DNA from: an uncultured virus (IMG/VR IMGVR_UViG_2630968826_000003)
Lineage: Duplodnaviria > Heunggongvirae > Uroviricota > Caudoviricetes
DNA: 64,000 bases
IMG/VR virus record: IMGVR_UViG_2630968826_000003
Reading direction: 5' to 3' (one strand)
Position 1 is the stretch's first letter; every line of letters starts with the position of its first letter. The position numbers and the translations under genes are program-made. The notes under the pieces are model-generated. The model was not told the DNA's origin. It did not search any database and saw nothing but the letters and a program-made list of their open reading frames with translations. Below, piece after piece: positions 9,498-20,125 of the stretch.

Positions 9498-11264
9498 ATG
9501 AACACCACACTGACACCCGCAGATCTCGATCCCCGTCGGCAGGCCATGCTGCTGTACTTTCAGGGATACCGCGTAGCCCGCATTGCTGAAATGCTGGGCG
9601 AGAAAGTTGCAACCGTTCACAGCTGGAAAAAACGCGACAAGTGGGGTGACTATGGGCCGCTGGATCAGATGCAGCTCACCACCGCCGCACGCTACTGCCA
9701 GCTCATTATGAAGGAGCACAAAGAAGGGAAAGATTTCAAAGAGATTGACCTGCTGGCGCGCCAGTCGGAGCGCCATGCGCGGATCGGCAAGTTTAACAAT
9801 GGCGGCAACGAAGCCGACTTAAACCCTAACGTCGCCAACCGCAACAAAGGCCCGCGCCGTCAGCCGGAAAAGAACGTTTTCACCGATGAACAGATTGAGA
9901 AGCTGGAAGAAATCTTCCATTCCTCCATGTTCAACTACCAGCGCCACTGGTGGGAAGCCGGAAAAACCAACCGCATCCGCAACCTGCTGAAGTCACGCCA
10001 GATCGGCGCGACCTTCTATTTTGCCCGTGAAGCCCTGATTGACGCCCTGCTAACCGGGCGTAACCAGATTTTCCTTTCCGCCAGCAAGGCTCAGGCCCAC
10101 GTCTTTAAGCAGTACATCATCGACTTCGCCAAAGAAGTGGAGGTGGAGCTGAAAGGCGATCCGATGGTGCTTCCTAACGGGGCCACGCTGTACTTCCTCG
10201 GCACCAATGCCCGCACGGCCCAGAGTTACCACGGCAACCTGTATCTGGATGAATATTTCTGGATACCGAAATTCCAGGAGCTGCGCAAAGTGGCTTCCGG
10301 TATGGCTATTCACAAAAAATGGCGACAAACCTATTTTTCCACGCCATCCAGCCTGACACACAGTGCTTATCCGTTCTGGTCCGGTGCGCTGTTCAACCGT
10401 GGGCGCAACAAAGCCGACAAGGTGGACATCGACCTGTCCCACAGCAATCTGGCCCCCGGCCTGCTGTGCGCAGACGGGCAGTACCGCCAGATAGTCACCG
10501 TGGAAGATGCGGTGCGCGGCGGCTGTAACCTGTTCGACCTCGACCAGCTACGCATGGAGTACAGCCCGGACGAATACCAGAACCTGCTGATGTGCGAGTT
10601 CGTGGACGATCTCGCGTCCGTGTTCCCGCTTAGCGAACTGCAGACGTGCATGGTGGACAGTTGGGAAGTCTGGACCGACTTTCATGCACTGGCCCTGCGC
10701 CCGTTTGGCTGGCGCGAGGTGTGGATCGGTTATGACCCGGCAAAAGGTACGCAGAACGGCGACAGTGCCGGATGCGTGGTGGTGGCTCCGCCAGCCGTGC
10801 CGGGCGGTAAGTTCCGTATTCTTGAGCGTCACCAGTGGCGCGGGATGGACTTCCGCGCCCAGGCTGATGCAATCAAAAAACTGACCGAGCAGTACAACGT
10901 GACCTATATCGGCATTGACTCGACAGGCGTCGGTCACGGGGTTTATGAGAACGTGAAAGCGTTCTTTCCTGCCGTCCGGGAGTTTGTCTACAACCCCAAC
11001 GTTAAAAACGCTCTGGTACTCAAGGCCTACGACATTATCAGTCACCGTCGTCTGGAGTTTGACGCCGGACACACCGACATTGCGCAGTCATTCATGGCAA
11101 TCCGTCGCGCAACCACCGCCAGCGGCAACCGCCCGACCTATGAAGCCAGCCGCAGCGAAGAAGCCAGCCACGCCGATCTGGCCTGGGCAACAATGCACGC
11201 ACTGTTTAACGAACCGCTGCAGGGCGAATCCGCCAATACCAGCAATATTGTGGAGATTTTTTGA
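9498..11264 (+). CDS. P: Terminase large subunit P
   Basis: LKSRQIGAT Walker A, YLDEYFW Walker B, GYDP nuclease motif, HADLAWA. Confidence 0.95.
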   Translation: MNTTLTPADLDPRRQAMLLYFQGYRVARIAEMLGEKVATVHSWKKRDKWGDYGPLDQMQLTTAARYCQLIMKEHKEGKDFKEIDLLARQSERHARIGKFNNGGNEADLNPNVANRNKGPRRQPEKNVFTDEQIEKLEEIFHSSMFNYQRHWWEAGKTNRIRNLLKSRQIGATFYFAREALIDALLTGRNQIFLSASKAQAHVFKQYIIDFAKEVEVELKGDPMVLPNGATLYFLGTNARTAQSYHGNLYLDEYFWIPKFQELRKVASGMAIHKKWRQTYFSTPSSLTHSAYPFWSGALFNRGRNKADKVDIDLSHSNLAPGLLCADGQYRQIVTVEDAVRGGCNLFDLDQLRMEYSPDEYQNLLMCEFVDDLASVFPLSELQTCMVDSWEVWTDFHALALRPFGWREVWIGYDPAKGTQNGDSAGCVVVAPPAVPGGKFRILERHQWRGMDFRAQADAIKKLTEQYNVTYIGIDSTGVGHGVYENVKAFFPAVREFVYNPNVKNALVLKAYDIISHRRLEFDAGHTDIAQSFMAIRRATTASGNRPTYEASRSEEASHADLAWATMHALFNEPLQGESANTSNIVEIF

Positions 11265-12289
11265 TGGGAAAGAGTAAGAAGAACCGCGCTGCGGCGACGA
11301 AACAGCTCCAGCTTAAAAACCAGACTACAGCCGAAGCATTCAGCTTCGGCGATCCCGTTCCTGTTCTGGACCGCCGAGAACTGCTGGACTATGTGGAATG
11401 CGTACAGATGGACCGTTGGTATGAGCCGCCCGTCAGCTTTGACGGACTGGCGCGCACCTTCCGCGCTGCCGTGCATCACAGTTCCCCGATTGCAGTAAAG
11501 TGCAACATTCTGACCAGTACCTATATCCCTCATCCGCTGCTCAGCCAGCAGGCTTTTTCGCGTTTTGTGCAGGACTATCTGGTATTTGGTAACGCCTACC
11601 TGGAGAAACGCACAAACCGATTCGGTGAAGTTATCGCTCTTGAGCCTGCGCTGGCAAAATACACCCGACGCGGATTAGACCTGGATACCTACTGGTTTGT
11701 GCAATACGGTATGACAACCCAGCCGTATCAGTTCACGAAAGGCAGCATTTTTCATCTGATGGAACCGGACATCAACCAGGAGATCTACGGCCTGCCCGGC
11801 TATCTTTCTGCCATTCCGTCAGCCCTGCTCAACGAGTCCGCCACGCTGTTCCGTCGCAAGTATTACATTAACGGCAGCCATGCGGGCTTTATCATGTACA
11901 TGACCGATGCCGCGCAAAACCAGGAGGATGTGAACAACCTCCGCAACGCGATGAAAAGCGCCAAAGGTCCAGGCAACTTCCGCAACCTGTTTATGTACTC
12001 GCCTAACGGCAAAAAGGACGGGCTTCAGATCATCCCATTGTCAGAAGTCGCGGCGAAGGATGAATTTCTTAATATCAAGAACGTGAGTCGGGATGACATG
12101 ATGGCAGCGCACCGCGTGCCGCCTCAGATGATGGGGATTATGCCTAATAATGTTGGGGGGTTTGGGGATGTGGAGAAAGCAAGTAAAGTGTTTGTACGAA
12201 ACGAACTTATACCATTACAAAAACGCTTAGGAGAGATAAATGAATGGCTTGATAAAAAAATAATAGAATTTGAAATATATTCATTCTGA
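11264..12289 (+). CDS. Q: Portal protein Q
   Basis: QEIYGLPGY, FRRKYYINGSHAG, AHRVPP. Confidence 0.95.
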   Translation: MGKSKKNRAAATKQLQLKNQTTAEAFSFGDPVPVLDRRELLDYVECVQMDRWYEPPVSFDGLARTFRAAVHHSSPIAVKCNILTSTYIPHPLLSQQAFSRFVQDYLVFGNAYLEKRTNRFGEVIALEPALAKYTRRGLDLDTYWFVQYGMTTQPYQFTKGSIFHLMEPDINQEIYGLPGYLSAIPSALLNESATLFRRKYYINGSHAGFIMYMTDAAQNQEDVNNLRNAMKSAKGPGNFRNLFMYSPNGKKDGLQIIPLSEVAAKDEFLNIKNVSRDDMMAAHRVPPQMMGIMPNNVGGFGDVEKASKVFVRNELIPLQKRLGEINEWLDKKIIEFEIYSF

Positions 12290-12337
12290 TACATTTACAT
12301 CACTTAATAGGACATCCATCGCTCAACACATAATAAG

Positions 12338-12366
12338 AAAAAAAACTACGGCACTACCGTGCCGTA
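12338..12366 (-). terminator. Intrinsic terminator of the cargo operon
   Basis: tacggcac-tacc-gtgccgta stem followed by a T8 run on the minus strand. Confidence 0.65.
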
Positions 12367-12374
12367 ACAAATTA

Positions 12375-12872
12375 TCACTTTAAGAATTTTTTCTGATAAG
12401 ACTCATCAATTAGAGATTTAATTATTTTCGCCCTTTTTGACACTAATACACTAATTCTTGTCCTTTGACTTTTATCATACTCCTGTGCTTTTTCAATATT
12501 AGATGTAGCATCTTTGAATAAATCAGCAATCAAAGGTTTATAGTCACCTTCGATATTAATGCGTTGTTTTAGATGATTCAACCACCGCTCGGTCTCCGCA
12601 AGAAGTGCTGTTATCTCATTTTGAAATGACATTGCATCAATTTCTTTTGAATCTCCCGGTATCCAAAACTTTCTTGATGCAGATTCAATTTCCTTTAAAT
12701 TATCTGAAACATTTTTTACAATTGACCATGTTTCACTCCTCTTTTGCAACGCACGGGAGTTTCTATATACAAAAACCCAACCAATCAAGGCTGTTAGAAT
12801 TGCAATCACACCTGAACTAGCAAGGTATTGTAATAACCGCAGATAAACCGGAAGTTCATCCATGAACATCAC
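12375..12872 (-). CDS. Hypothetical protein with one N-terminal TM helix (cargo operon gene 3)
   Basis: 165 aa, hydrophobic SSGVIAILTALIGWVFVY; GTGA overlap with upstream gene; AT-rich. Confidence 0.75.
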   Translation of the reverse strand: MMFMDELPVYLRLLQYLASSGVIAILTALIGWVFVYRNSRALQKRSETWSIVKNVSDNLKEIESASRKFWIPGDSKEIDAMSFQNEITALLAETERWLNHLKQRINIEGDYKPLIADLFKDATSNIEKAQEYDKSQRTRISVLVSKRAKIIKSLIDESYQKKFLK

Positions 12873-13189
12873 TCCTTTTTAGCATCAGAAATATATCCCC
12901 ATATACTATCCTTGAGGAAATCCAAATCAGTAAATATTTTTAATTTTTTCCTAATTATAGCTTTATCTATATTATTTGTTCTATAAAGTCCACCAAACGC
13001 CTCTTCCAAGAATGAAGAACCATAACCCATAGCACCATCAAGGTACACGTGCACCTCATCATAATCTTGGATGGCTTTCAAAAGATACTTTTCACGGAAA
13101 CGTTGTCCATTATCAGGACCATCCTCATCATAGCGGCCATAGGGAACATCTGAAAAATCTTCAGCAACATGTATCTCTTTGATTTTCAT
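12869..13189 (-). CDS. STAS-like protein (DUF4325-like)
   Basis: GRYDEDGPDNGQRFRE and VYLDGAMGYGSSFLEEAFGGL, STAS-like with a candidate phospho-Ser; ATGA overlap. Confidence 0.75.
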   Translation of the reverse strand: MKIKEIHVAEDFSDVPYGRYDEDGPDNGQRFREKYLLKAIQDYDEVHVYLDGAMGYGSSFLEEAFGGLYRTNNIDKAIIRKKLKIFTDLDFLKDSIWGYISDAKKE

Positions 13190-14253
13190 TCAGCACCTCT
13201 CAAACTTACATTCCATTGAATAAGGGTTCCACCTATGGAGTATGGCAGATCAAATTTATCTTCAACATTATTTTCAGCATCATAAGAATATCGTCCCATT
13301 CCACTAAAAATATGTAACTGCCCCTCAGGGTTATCTACAACATACCTTTTCATATCAGGTAATCCTTTACCATGCTTCTGACTATTCATTCTTGTCTCAC
13401 CATACTGTACAGCCGCGAATATTTTATCAGAATCCGTCTTAGGATTAAATATCTGAGCGATAAATGTGAAAAAGTCTTTTTTAACCAATGTAACTGGGAT
13501 ACCTTCTCCCATATCATACACCATCAAAAATAGTTGTTCTTCGACTTTGTGTGCCAATATCCACCATCTTTTACCAATGTCCTCAATAAATTCAGAGAAC
13601 TGTTCTTCATTTGAATACGCATGTAGACCAACATTGCTAATAGATTCAGTTAATGCTGCATATAATTTCACACCATCCGAAGCGGAAATCTTACCTTCAT
13701 AAATGGTATCTTTTATATAACGTAGAATATTTTTAATTTTTTGTCTTGCTTCGGCACTTTCATGATCATCTCTAGTTTTGCCTGCAACAGCGGAAACAAT
13801 TTCCATTGAATTAAGCTTATCTGCAGCTATACGCTGAAACCCTGTAATCCCCCAAATACCACATATTTTAAACCAGTTATTTGCCCTGGGTGAACCGCAC
13901 GTAGTAATAGAAATTATATTTTTATCTTTTGTTTGCCTTTGTAAAAAGTCAATATGTGCATACAATACGATTACTGCACATGCTTTCAGAGATTTTGTAT
14001 TTCTGAAATCTATTAAAATTTTCTCACCATCATTGATGTAATCTCTGATTAAAGTGATAAACTCTATAAATAGTTTGTAATTTTTAGTATTAAATAAGTC
14101 CAATGACGCAGGCGCGGGTATTCTCACACGAGAGAATACCCGCATGGGCTGTAGCATCCGTCTTCCACCAGAAAGCTTTCTTGACTCCCGCTTCGCAATC
14201 TTCCTTGCTCTGATCAAAGAATGTTCAATTTGTTCTTCAGTTAGCCGCTTCAT
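13186..14253 (-). CDS. GHKL/HATPase (anti-sigma-kinase-like) with N-terminal STAS-like region
   Basis: N box ESISNVGLHAY, G1 DMGEGIP, G2 HGKGL, G3 GGT; upstream ILIDFRNTKSLKACA; ATG at 14253 with GAGG/AGGA SD. Confidence 0.75.
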   Translation of the reverse strand: MKRLTEEQIEHSLIRARKIAKRESRKLSGGRRMLQPMRVFSRVRIPAPASLDLFNTKNYKLFIEFITLIRDYINDGEKILIDFRNTKSLKACAVIVLYAHIDFLQRQTKDKNIISITTCGSPRANNWFKICGIWGITGFQRIAADKLNSMEIVSAVAGKTRDDHESAEARQKIKNILRYIKDTIYEGKISASDGVKLYAALTESISNVGLHAYSNEEQFSEFIEDIGKRWWILAHKVEEQLFLMVYDMGEGIPVTLVKKDFFTFIAQIFNPKTDSDKIFAAVQYGETRMNSQKHGKGLPDMKRYVVDNPEGQLHIFSGMGRYSYDAENNVEDKFDLPYSIGGTLIQWNVSLRGAE

Positions 14254-14400
14254 ATCCTTTCCTCGATAGTTGTTGAAGCTTATCAGTTCACGCAACAACT
14301 ACAAACATCTACCTGCTATCTTAAAGCAACAATTTGAAAGAACATTGAAAATCATAGTATCTGTTTGTAAACAAACGACTGTTTCTATACCTTGCGCGCG

Positions 14401-14419
14401 CTCGTATCCCCGCCACGCC
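14401..14419 (-). other. cos site of prophage 1
   Basis: Minus strand GGCGTGGCGGGGATACGAG, close to the 19-nt P2/186 cohesive end, in the usual Q-to-A interval. Confidence 0.8.
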
Positions 14420-14592
14420 TGCCCGCTTTATGTAGTGGTTTTCATGCACCTGCATGATCTACGCAAAAGCCCGCCAGAACTGGCGGGCCTTAACACAAAA
14501 GATCCTCAAACGATCATGCGATCTCATGCAGCATAGACATGCGCGTTTATGCAGAATGTGCAAAATCGTAACATACTCAGTAAGCGTGAAAC

Positions 14593-15270
14593 CTAGAACG
14601 TGACAGCCTTGTCAAAGCCAGAAATAATTGTATAAGAAATAGACGAGTTATCAGCCTTGTTCACTTTGAACTTGGCACCTTTGTAAGCGATAACGTCACT
14701 TCCCTTAGAATCTACAGAAAAATCTGTTGTAAATGCTGCACGAGCCATATCGTTTGCAAATTCACGATAGGTGAACTTCATTACACCGCCTGCATTTCCA
14801 TTGTATTCGATAGTCTTAACCAATGAGTTACTAACTCGACACAGCCCATCAGGAACACGTTTGATAGAAATTTCTGATGCAGTATAAGAAGTACCATTTG
14901 GCGGTGATATCTCATTTTTTGCAGCATCGTAACTAACATAATCAACATAGTTACCGATTTGCCCATAGAGATTTTTTAACGCAACAGCTTGAGGGTTATG
15001 ATAATTGCGGTAAATTCCATTCCCCTCACTGCAATATGTACCAGCAGCGATAGAAGACAATGCACCATTAGCCGCACCAAGTTCTAGTACGTCCGTTTTA
15101 AATCCAGTAGCAGATGTGATAATGGGATCGCCCATGTAGGCGGTAGCACTTTGCCCAATAGCAGGCTTCACCACTTCAATAGCAGTGATATTTCGGTTAG
15201 AAGCATGTGGCACGCAACCAGTTAGGATTACAGCAAGAGATATTGGTAACGCTACATTATTAATTTTCAT
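14593..15270 (-). CDS. Predicted lipoprotein (moron)
   Basis: MKINNVALPISLAVILTGC signal with lipobox LTGC; AT-rich. Confidence 0.75.
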   Translation of the reverse strand: MKINNVALPISLAVILTGCVPHASNRNITAIEVVKPAIGQSATAYMGDPIITSATGFKTDVLELGAANGALSSIAAGTYCSEGNGIYRNYHNPQAVALKNLYGQIGNYVDYVSYDAAKNEISPPNGTSYTASEISIKRVPDGLCRVSNSLVKTIEYNGNAGGVMKFTYREFANDMARAAFTTDFSVDSKGSDVIAYKGAKFKVNKADNSSISYTIISGFDKAVTF

Positions 15271-15383
15271 TTTTAGCCTATTATTCTTTTCTTGACAAAA
15301 AACAAGGCGATATCTGATTGACATCGCCTCTCACTCATATGTAACCCTTTTTGATTAGTAAAAACAAGCGTCTATTGACAAAA

Positions 15384-15617
15384 TCAATGCAGCCAGCTGT
15401 CGTCTTCCCACACCTTCTGCATAATTTTCATCACTTGTTTTCTTTCTTCGTCCAGTTGCAGTCCGGTCAGTTCCACACCGTTAGAGCTACCTTTACGGAT
15501 ACGGATTACCGTTTTGGGATACAGGGGGCGCAGATTGCGGTAAAGCTCGGATTCAAGGGCGTCCAGGGTAGACTGGCTAATCTTCTGCTCTTTATCGATC
15601 ATTATTTCAATGCGCAT
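15384..15617 (-). CDS. DinI-like protein
   Basis: MRIEIMIDK...ALESEL...VWEDDSW; downstream of the tum-like gene. Confidence 0.8.
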   Translation of the reverse strand: MRIEIMIDKEQKISQSTLDALESELYRNLRPLYPKTVIRIRKGSSNGVELTGLQLDEERKQVMKIMQKVWEDDSWLH

Positions 15618-15627
15618 AAAAGTCACC

Positions 15628-15816
15628 TCAGCTGATGACATCCATTGAGCGGTTGTATTCGTGGCTTCTGATTTTTGCCATGAGTTCATCAGTCAATTCA
15701 GAAACCCACTGCAGAGCCAGCCCCTTCTCTTCATCACTACACTCACTAGCCGCTACAAGCTTAAGAAAAAAATCAATGCGCTGGAGCTTCAAAGACTCCA
15801 AAAAATAGTCCTGCAT
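15628..15816 (-). CDS. tum: Tum-like antirepressor
   Basis: ESLKLQRID...LALQWVSEL; preceded by a LexA box; same position as in phage 186. Confidence 0.7.
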   Translation of the reverse strand: MQDYFLESLKLQRIDFFLKLVAASECSDEEKGLALQWVSELTDELMAKIRSHEYNRSMDVIS

Positions 15817-15859
15817 CTTTCCTCCTATGACACCACACGCAACACTGTATGTATAACCA

Positions 15860-15875
15860 CTGTTTATATTTACAG
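15860..15875. promoter_or_regulatory. LexA (SOS) box
   Basis: CTG-TTTATATTTA-CAG upstream of tum. Confidence 0.85.
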
Positions 15876-15968
15876 TATATAATAATCTTACTGATGTAAA
15901 ACGTTTTTTACGCTTATCAGCCTGATATGCCTGGTATTATTAAGAGCACAAATTGTTAACCAGAGTAA

Positions 15969-18383
15969 TTAATACAGGTTCCGCCACTTATCATCTTCCT
16001 GCAAACGCTGGTTCCGATAGAAGATACGCAGGCCTGCTCCTGACGGAATACTGCCGCCGCGAAGGAGTAAATCGACCTCTTTCTCGCTGCCATCAAATCC
16101 TCTGGATTTCAGTTCATAGACGAGCTGCTGTCGTTGATGGTCTGTAATTCGCTGTTTGTAGTCTCTACGCCGTTTCGGTTTCACCAGACGTAACCTTGCA
16201 GCCAGTTCCCGGCGCTCCTTTTTGTTCATACTGTGCAGGTAATCGTGCAACTCCTTGTCATCCATGCGGGTAAAGTTCGTTCTGGGGTCCCCATCAGCTG
16301 ATTTATCTTTCTCCTGTTGGTTCAAATTTTCAGCAAGGGGACAGTTATTGCCACGAGTCCAAGGGGCGCAAGCGCCCTGGTCGGCTGCCGCCTCCTGAAC
16401 GTCAACGGCCTTACGAACCATTTTCCACTTCACTGCATGAGTGCAGATCTTGCCCTCTGCAATGGGTGACCAGATGCCATAAATACGAATACCGTGATCG
16501 CCATAGGCGGTTGGCTCTTCGTTGATTTCATAAGCGGTTCTGATGAGGTGATATTTGCGGGGAACCAGTACGCCGCCCTGCTTCATGATGTAGGTGGCAA
16601 AACAACCAGCATCAGCAGCAGCCAGGATGGCATCAAGGCGCGGGTTATCCAGTACCGGCGCACCTGCTTTTTTGTCACCCTGTTGCCTTGCCGCCTGACC
16701 AGCCAGCAATCGCAGTTCACGGTAAGCCTGACGCCCCGGAATGCCAAAGAAGCGGAATTGCTGAACACGATGCAGAGACGCCCAGGCATTAACGTATTCA
16801 GCGTTATCACGCAGGGATTTACCCGTTTCCTTACTGATCTCGCCAGCCAGACCACGCCCGTCAATATTCTTACTGATATATTTCGCAATGTAGCTTGTCG
16901 GCGTTCCTTTGCGCGGGTTTATCAGCTCAGACTTAAAGCGTGGCCCCGTGTTATTGCCCAGCTCCTCGCGGTCTTCTCGGATGGCAAACTTACGCAACAA
17001 TGCAGTAATGGCGCGGCGGTCTTTTTTGCGCATGAAACACAACAGGTGCCAGTGAACTGTGCCGTCATGATGCGGCTCAGCCACCCGCACGCCATACCAG
17101 CGCAACCCGGCTTTGTGCATAGCCTTACGAAATGCAGCAAACATGCCGACCAGATAATCGCTGCTTTGTCTTACCGTCGCGTTTGTCCAGGTCGGGTTTG
17201 GCCTGCCGTTATTTAGCGTGGAATGGAAACGTGACGGACAGGTGATGGTGTAGAAAACGGCGCAGTCACCACGCATTTCCGCGATAAGCTCCAGGCCTTT
17301 AACACAGGCCATCATCTCGTTGCGGCGATGCGCCGGGTTGCTGCTGCTGGCGTTTACCACATCCTCCATGTTCAGCGTGTCGCCGTCTTCGTTCACCAGT
17401 TCATGAGAACGGAAAAACTCCAGCGACTTACGGCGCTGCTCACGTTTATGCATCACGGCTTCATAGCTGACATAGGGAGATGCTTTTTTGCTGACCAGGC
17501 AGACAGCACGCAACTGCTCTTCCCGCCATTCGCAACGCATCTTCCATAATTTCCGATACCACCAGTCGGCGCACAGCATACGCGCCAGCGAACCCGGAAT
17601 GAGTTCATAAGGCACAGGTTTGCGGCGGTTTCTTTTCCGGCGGAGTTGCTCAAACGCAGGCGGTATGACATCCAGTCGCAGGGTTTCTGCAGCCACCTTT
17701 TCCCATGTCTTGCGGATTTCTTCTGGCTTAACATCATCGGAGGCGTACAAATCACCACAAGCGGCATCAAGACACATGCTCATATGCGCAGCGACAAGGG
17801 TAGACAGGCGTTTCACCTGATCCTGACTCATTTCAGGCAGGATCAGCAGACCGTCCAGCCCTTCATGGCTTGCCATAAAACGAAAAGATGCAGATAGCTG
17901 GCTGTCGCGTACATGCTCCAGTCGTTCCAGACATGGCTTAATCGTCTCACGCAAATAGCGGGAATAAGCCTTTGGCCTGCCCAGGCTGCTGAAATATTCA
18001 ATACGTTGCATCAGCGGCTTGCTGATATGGGAAGGCTGGGCGTTGACGTCAGCCAGAATGACCATGTCTGGATTAAAACGCTGCTGCTCATGCGCCATCT
18101 TTGCCCGGCTAATGAGCTTATCCTGCTCCATTTCGCGTTGGACAGGATCACGGGATTCATTAAAGAAATAACGCTCCCAGACCTGATCACTCAGTGCCTC
18201 GCGGCGCAGTTGTTCCTGCTCGTTATCGGTAGCGTACAGAGTGATCAGGTTTGAAAGCGCAGAAACCGGCGCAACTTCCGCCGGGTCCAGATAAGGGTTA
18301 ATGGCCTTTTTCGGGCTGTTCCATGAGAATGCTGCGGCGACCTTGTTAAAGCCGCTGCAGTTGTTCATATCAGCATGGCTCAT
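15969..18383 (-). CDS. A: Rolling-circle replication protein A
   Basis: [22 protein letters not shown] (HUH), [12 protein letters not shown]. Confidence 0.95.
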   Translation of the reverse strand: MSHADMNNCSGFNKVAAAFSWNSPKKAINPYLDPAEVAPVSALSNLITLYATDNEQEQLRREALSDQVWERYFFNESRDPVQREMEQDKLISRAKMAHEQQRFNPDMVILADVNAQPSHISKPLMQRIEYFSSLGRPKAYSRYLRETIKPCLERLEHVRDSQLSASFRFMASHEGLDGLLILPEMSQDQVKRLSTLVAAHMSMCLDAACGDLYASDDVKPEEIRKTWEKVAAETLRLDVIPPAFEQLRRKRNRRKPVPYELIPGSLARMLCADWWYRKLWKMRCEWREEQLRAVCLVSKKASPYVSYEAVMHKREQRRKSLEFFRSHELVNEDGDTLNMEDVVNASSSNPAHRRNEMMACVKGLELIAEMRGDCAVFYTITCPSRFHSTLNNGRPNPTWTNATVRQSSDYLVGMFAAFRKAMHKAGLRWYGVRVAEPHHDGTVHWHLLCFMRKKDRRAITALLRKFAIREDREELGNNTGPRFKSELINPRKGTPTSYIAKYISKNIDGRGLAGEISKETGKSLRDNAEYVNAWASLHRVQQFRFFGIPGRQAYRELRLLAGQAARQQGDKKAGAPVLDNPRLDAILAAADAGCFATYIMKQGGVLVPRKYHLIRTAYEINEEPTAYGDHGIRIYGIWSPIAEGKICTHAVKWKMVRKAVDVQEAAADQGACAPWTRGNNCPLAENLNQQEKDKSADGDPRTNFTRMDDKELHDYLHSMNKKERRELAARLRLVKPKRRRDYKQRITDHQRQQLVYELKSRGFDGSEKEVDLLLRGGSIPSGAGLRIFYRNQRLQEDDKWRNLY

Positions 18384-19237
18384 GCACGCACTCCGTACAC
18401 GGCAGAACTATCCACGCCACGCGAAGGATCAAATCCCACCCAGCAGCGCGGCCCGGAAACAGCGATGATTTCTGTTGCAGATTTACTCTCACCAGCTGCT
18501 ACACCGATGCTGCGTTTTGCCTTGATGTAGTGGTGAGTAAAATTGCGATACAGCGAACGGATCAGGGATGTATCACTGTTAGAAACAATGACCGGATGTC
18601 CTTCTGATGACCGATGTTCAAGAACGGATGCCAGGTGATACTGGTCATCTTCAGTGAAACCATCAGTGTGATAGCCGGAAAACGTACCGTCATACGGCGG
18701 ATCGCAATACACCACATCCCCCACCTGCAGCATCGCCAGCGTTTCATCAAAGCTTGCGCAGATAAACGTTGCACGCTGGGCTTTCTCTGCAAATGCGCGA
18801 ATTTCTTTTTCAGGGAAATACGGATTTTTATAATTACCGTAGGGAATGTTGAAATGCCCGCTCTTGTTATAGCGACATAAACCACGGTAACCGTGACGAT
18901 TGAGATACAGGAAATATACCGCTTTCATGAAATCAGTAATTTCAGTGGAGTAATTAAACTCCTGCCTTATGTTGTAATAAGCCACCTCCCTGTTTGCGAT
19001 CTCAAATAAAACTCTGGCGCGAGATATAAACGATTCACAATCAGAGGCAACCTTTTTATAGAGGTTGATTAAATCAGGATTAATATCCGCAACCAGATAG
19101 CTGGGGTAATCCGTCTCCATCATCACAGCACAGGAACCCGCGAAAGGTTCAACCAGTCGCGGGCCAGCAGGAAGGTGTTTTTTCAGTTCGGACATAATGG
19201 CGGTTTTATTTCCCGCCCATTTCAGGATGGTGCTCAT
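18380..19237 (-). CDS. dam: Dam-family DNA adenine methylase
   Basis: LKWAGNK, EPFAGS, YCDPPY. Confidence 0.95.
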   Translation of the reverse strand: MSTILKWAGNKTAIMSELKKHLPAGPRLVEPFAGSCAVMMETDYPSYLVADINPDLINLYKKVASDCESFISRARVLFEIANREVAYYNIRQEFNYSTEITDFMKAVYFLYLNRHGYRGLCRYNKSGHFNIPYGNYKNPYFPEKEIRAFAEKAQRATFICASFDETLAMLQVGDVVYCDPPYDGTFSGYHTDGFTEDDQYHLASVLEHRSSEGHPVIVSNSDTSLIRSLYRNFTHHYIKAKRSIGVAAGESKSATEIIAVSGPRCWVGFDPSRGVDSSAVYGVRA

Positions 19238-19461
19238 ACAGCACCTCCGTTGTAATGTTTGCCTTTCAGCTCTGCGATTTCCTGACAGGTAATGCAAAGC
19301 TGCACACCCGGAATGGCACGGCGGCGTGCTGGCGGAATTGGCGCTTCACACTCAACGCAAAGCACGCGGGACACGCCCGGCGTTTTGGCACGGGCAGCAC
19401 GGATATGACGTTGGCGTTCTTCTTCAACTCGCTGCTGTACGAGATCCATTGCATCAGCCAT
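19234..19461 (-). CDS. TraR/DksA C4 zinc-finger protein
   Basis: CVEC...IPPARR...CITCQ. Confidence 0.9.
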   Translation of the reverse strand: MADAMDLVQQRVEEERQRHIRAARAKTPGVSRVLCVECEAPIPPARRRAIPGVQLCITCQEIAELKGKHYNGGAV

Positions 19462-19694
19462 CAGTGGATCTCCTGCGCTTCGTTCTGGATTGCTTCAGCA
19501 GTCACACGCAGCAGTTCTGCCGCTTCGACGTGGTTTAGTTGGCGGGATGTGATATGACACGCCAGGCTATCAAGGCGAGCTGCCATTGCTTCAGCCCTTG
19601 CCCGGCGTTCTTCCAGACGAGCCTCTGTCAGTAAAATATTAAGCCCTGCATCATCCGGTCCGGTTTTAGTCGTGATGGTTTCAATATTACGCAT
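19461..19694 (-). CDS. DUF2732-like early protein
   Basis: RLDSLA...EAAELLR; conserved P2-like early-region position. Confidence 0.7.
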   Translation of the reverse strand: MRNIETITTKTGPDDAGLNILLTEARLEERRARAEAMAARLDSLACHITSRQLNHVEAAELLRVTAEAIQNEAQEIH

Positions 19695-19761
19695 AATCAA
19701 TTCTCCTGAATTTAGATAAAGGGATGCTCGGCGGGTTTACGCCATTAATTTCATTAGTTGG

Positions 19762-20103
19762 TTAATTCGGCATGGTTAGCCGTCTGGGAAATAAGCTCAC
19801 CACTGCACGAAAATGATTCATTGCTTTAATCAGCTCCCGCTTTTCGTCAGTGGTCAGCTCATTAATGCTGATGCTATGACGTTCAGCTGGAATTTTTGCC
19901 ATAAAGAATATGGCAGCCAGTGCCCGTTTATTTTGTTCATTATTGATATCCCGTGGATCACGCATATCTTTAATAAACCGCTCAAGCTCTGACTCAATAT
20001 TCAGGCCAAAAACTTTCGCCCTTAACTCCGCAATGTGATTAAGTCCATTCAGACGTTCACCGGGGCTTAATGGAACAGTTGCTGCAGCGCCATTAATTGC
20101 CAT
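19762..20103 (-). CDS. Conserved P2-like early protein (DUF5347-like)
   Basis: GLNHIAELR, AIFFMAKIP, LIKAMN. Confidence 0.7.
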   Translation of the reverse strand: MAINGAAATVPLSPGERLNGLNHIAELRAKVFGLNIESELERFIKDMRDPRDINNEQNKRALAAIFFMAKIPAERHSISINELTTDEKRELIKAMNHFRAVVSLFPRRLTMPN

Positions 20104-20125
20104 ACTTCATATCCCCCAAACGCAG

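Noticed and set aside
14440..14565. Cluster of ATGCA/GATC mini-palindromes and a hairpin
   Set aside because: Typical of P2-like cos-flanking DNA; no evidence for an independent RNA or array
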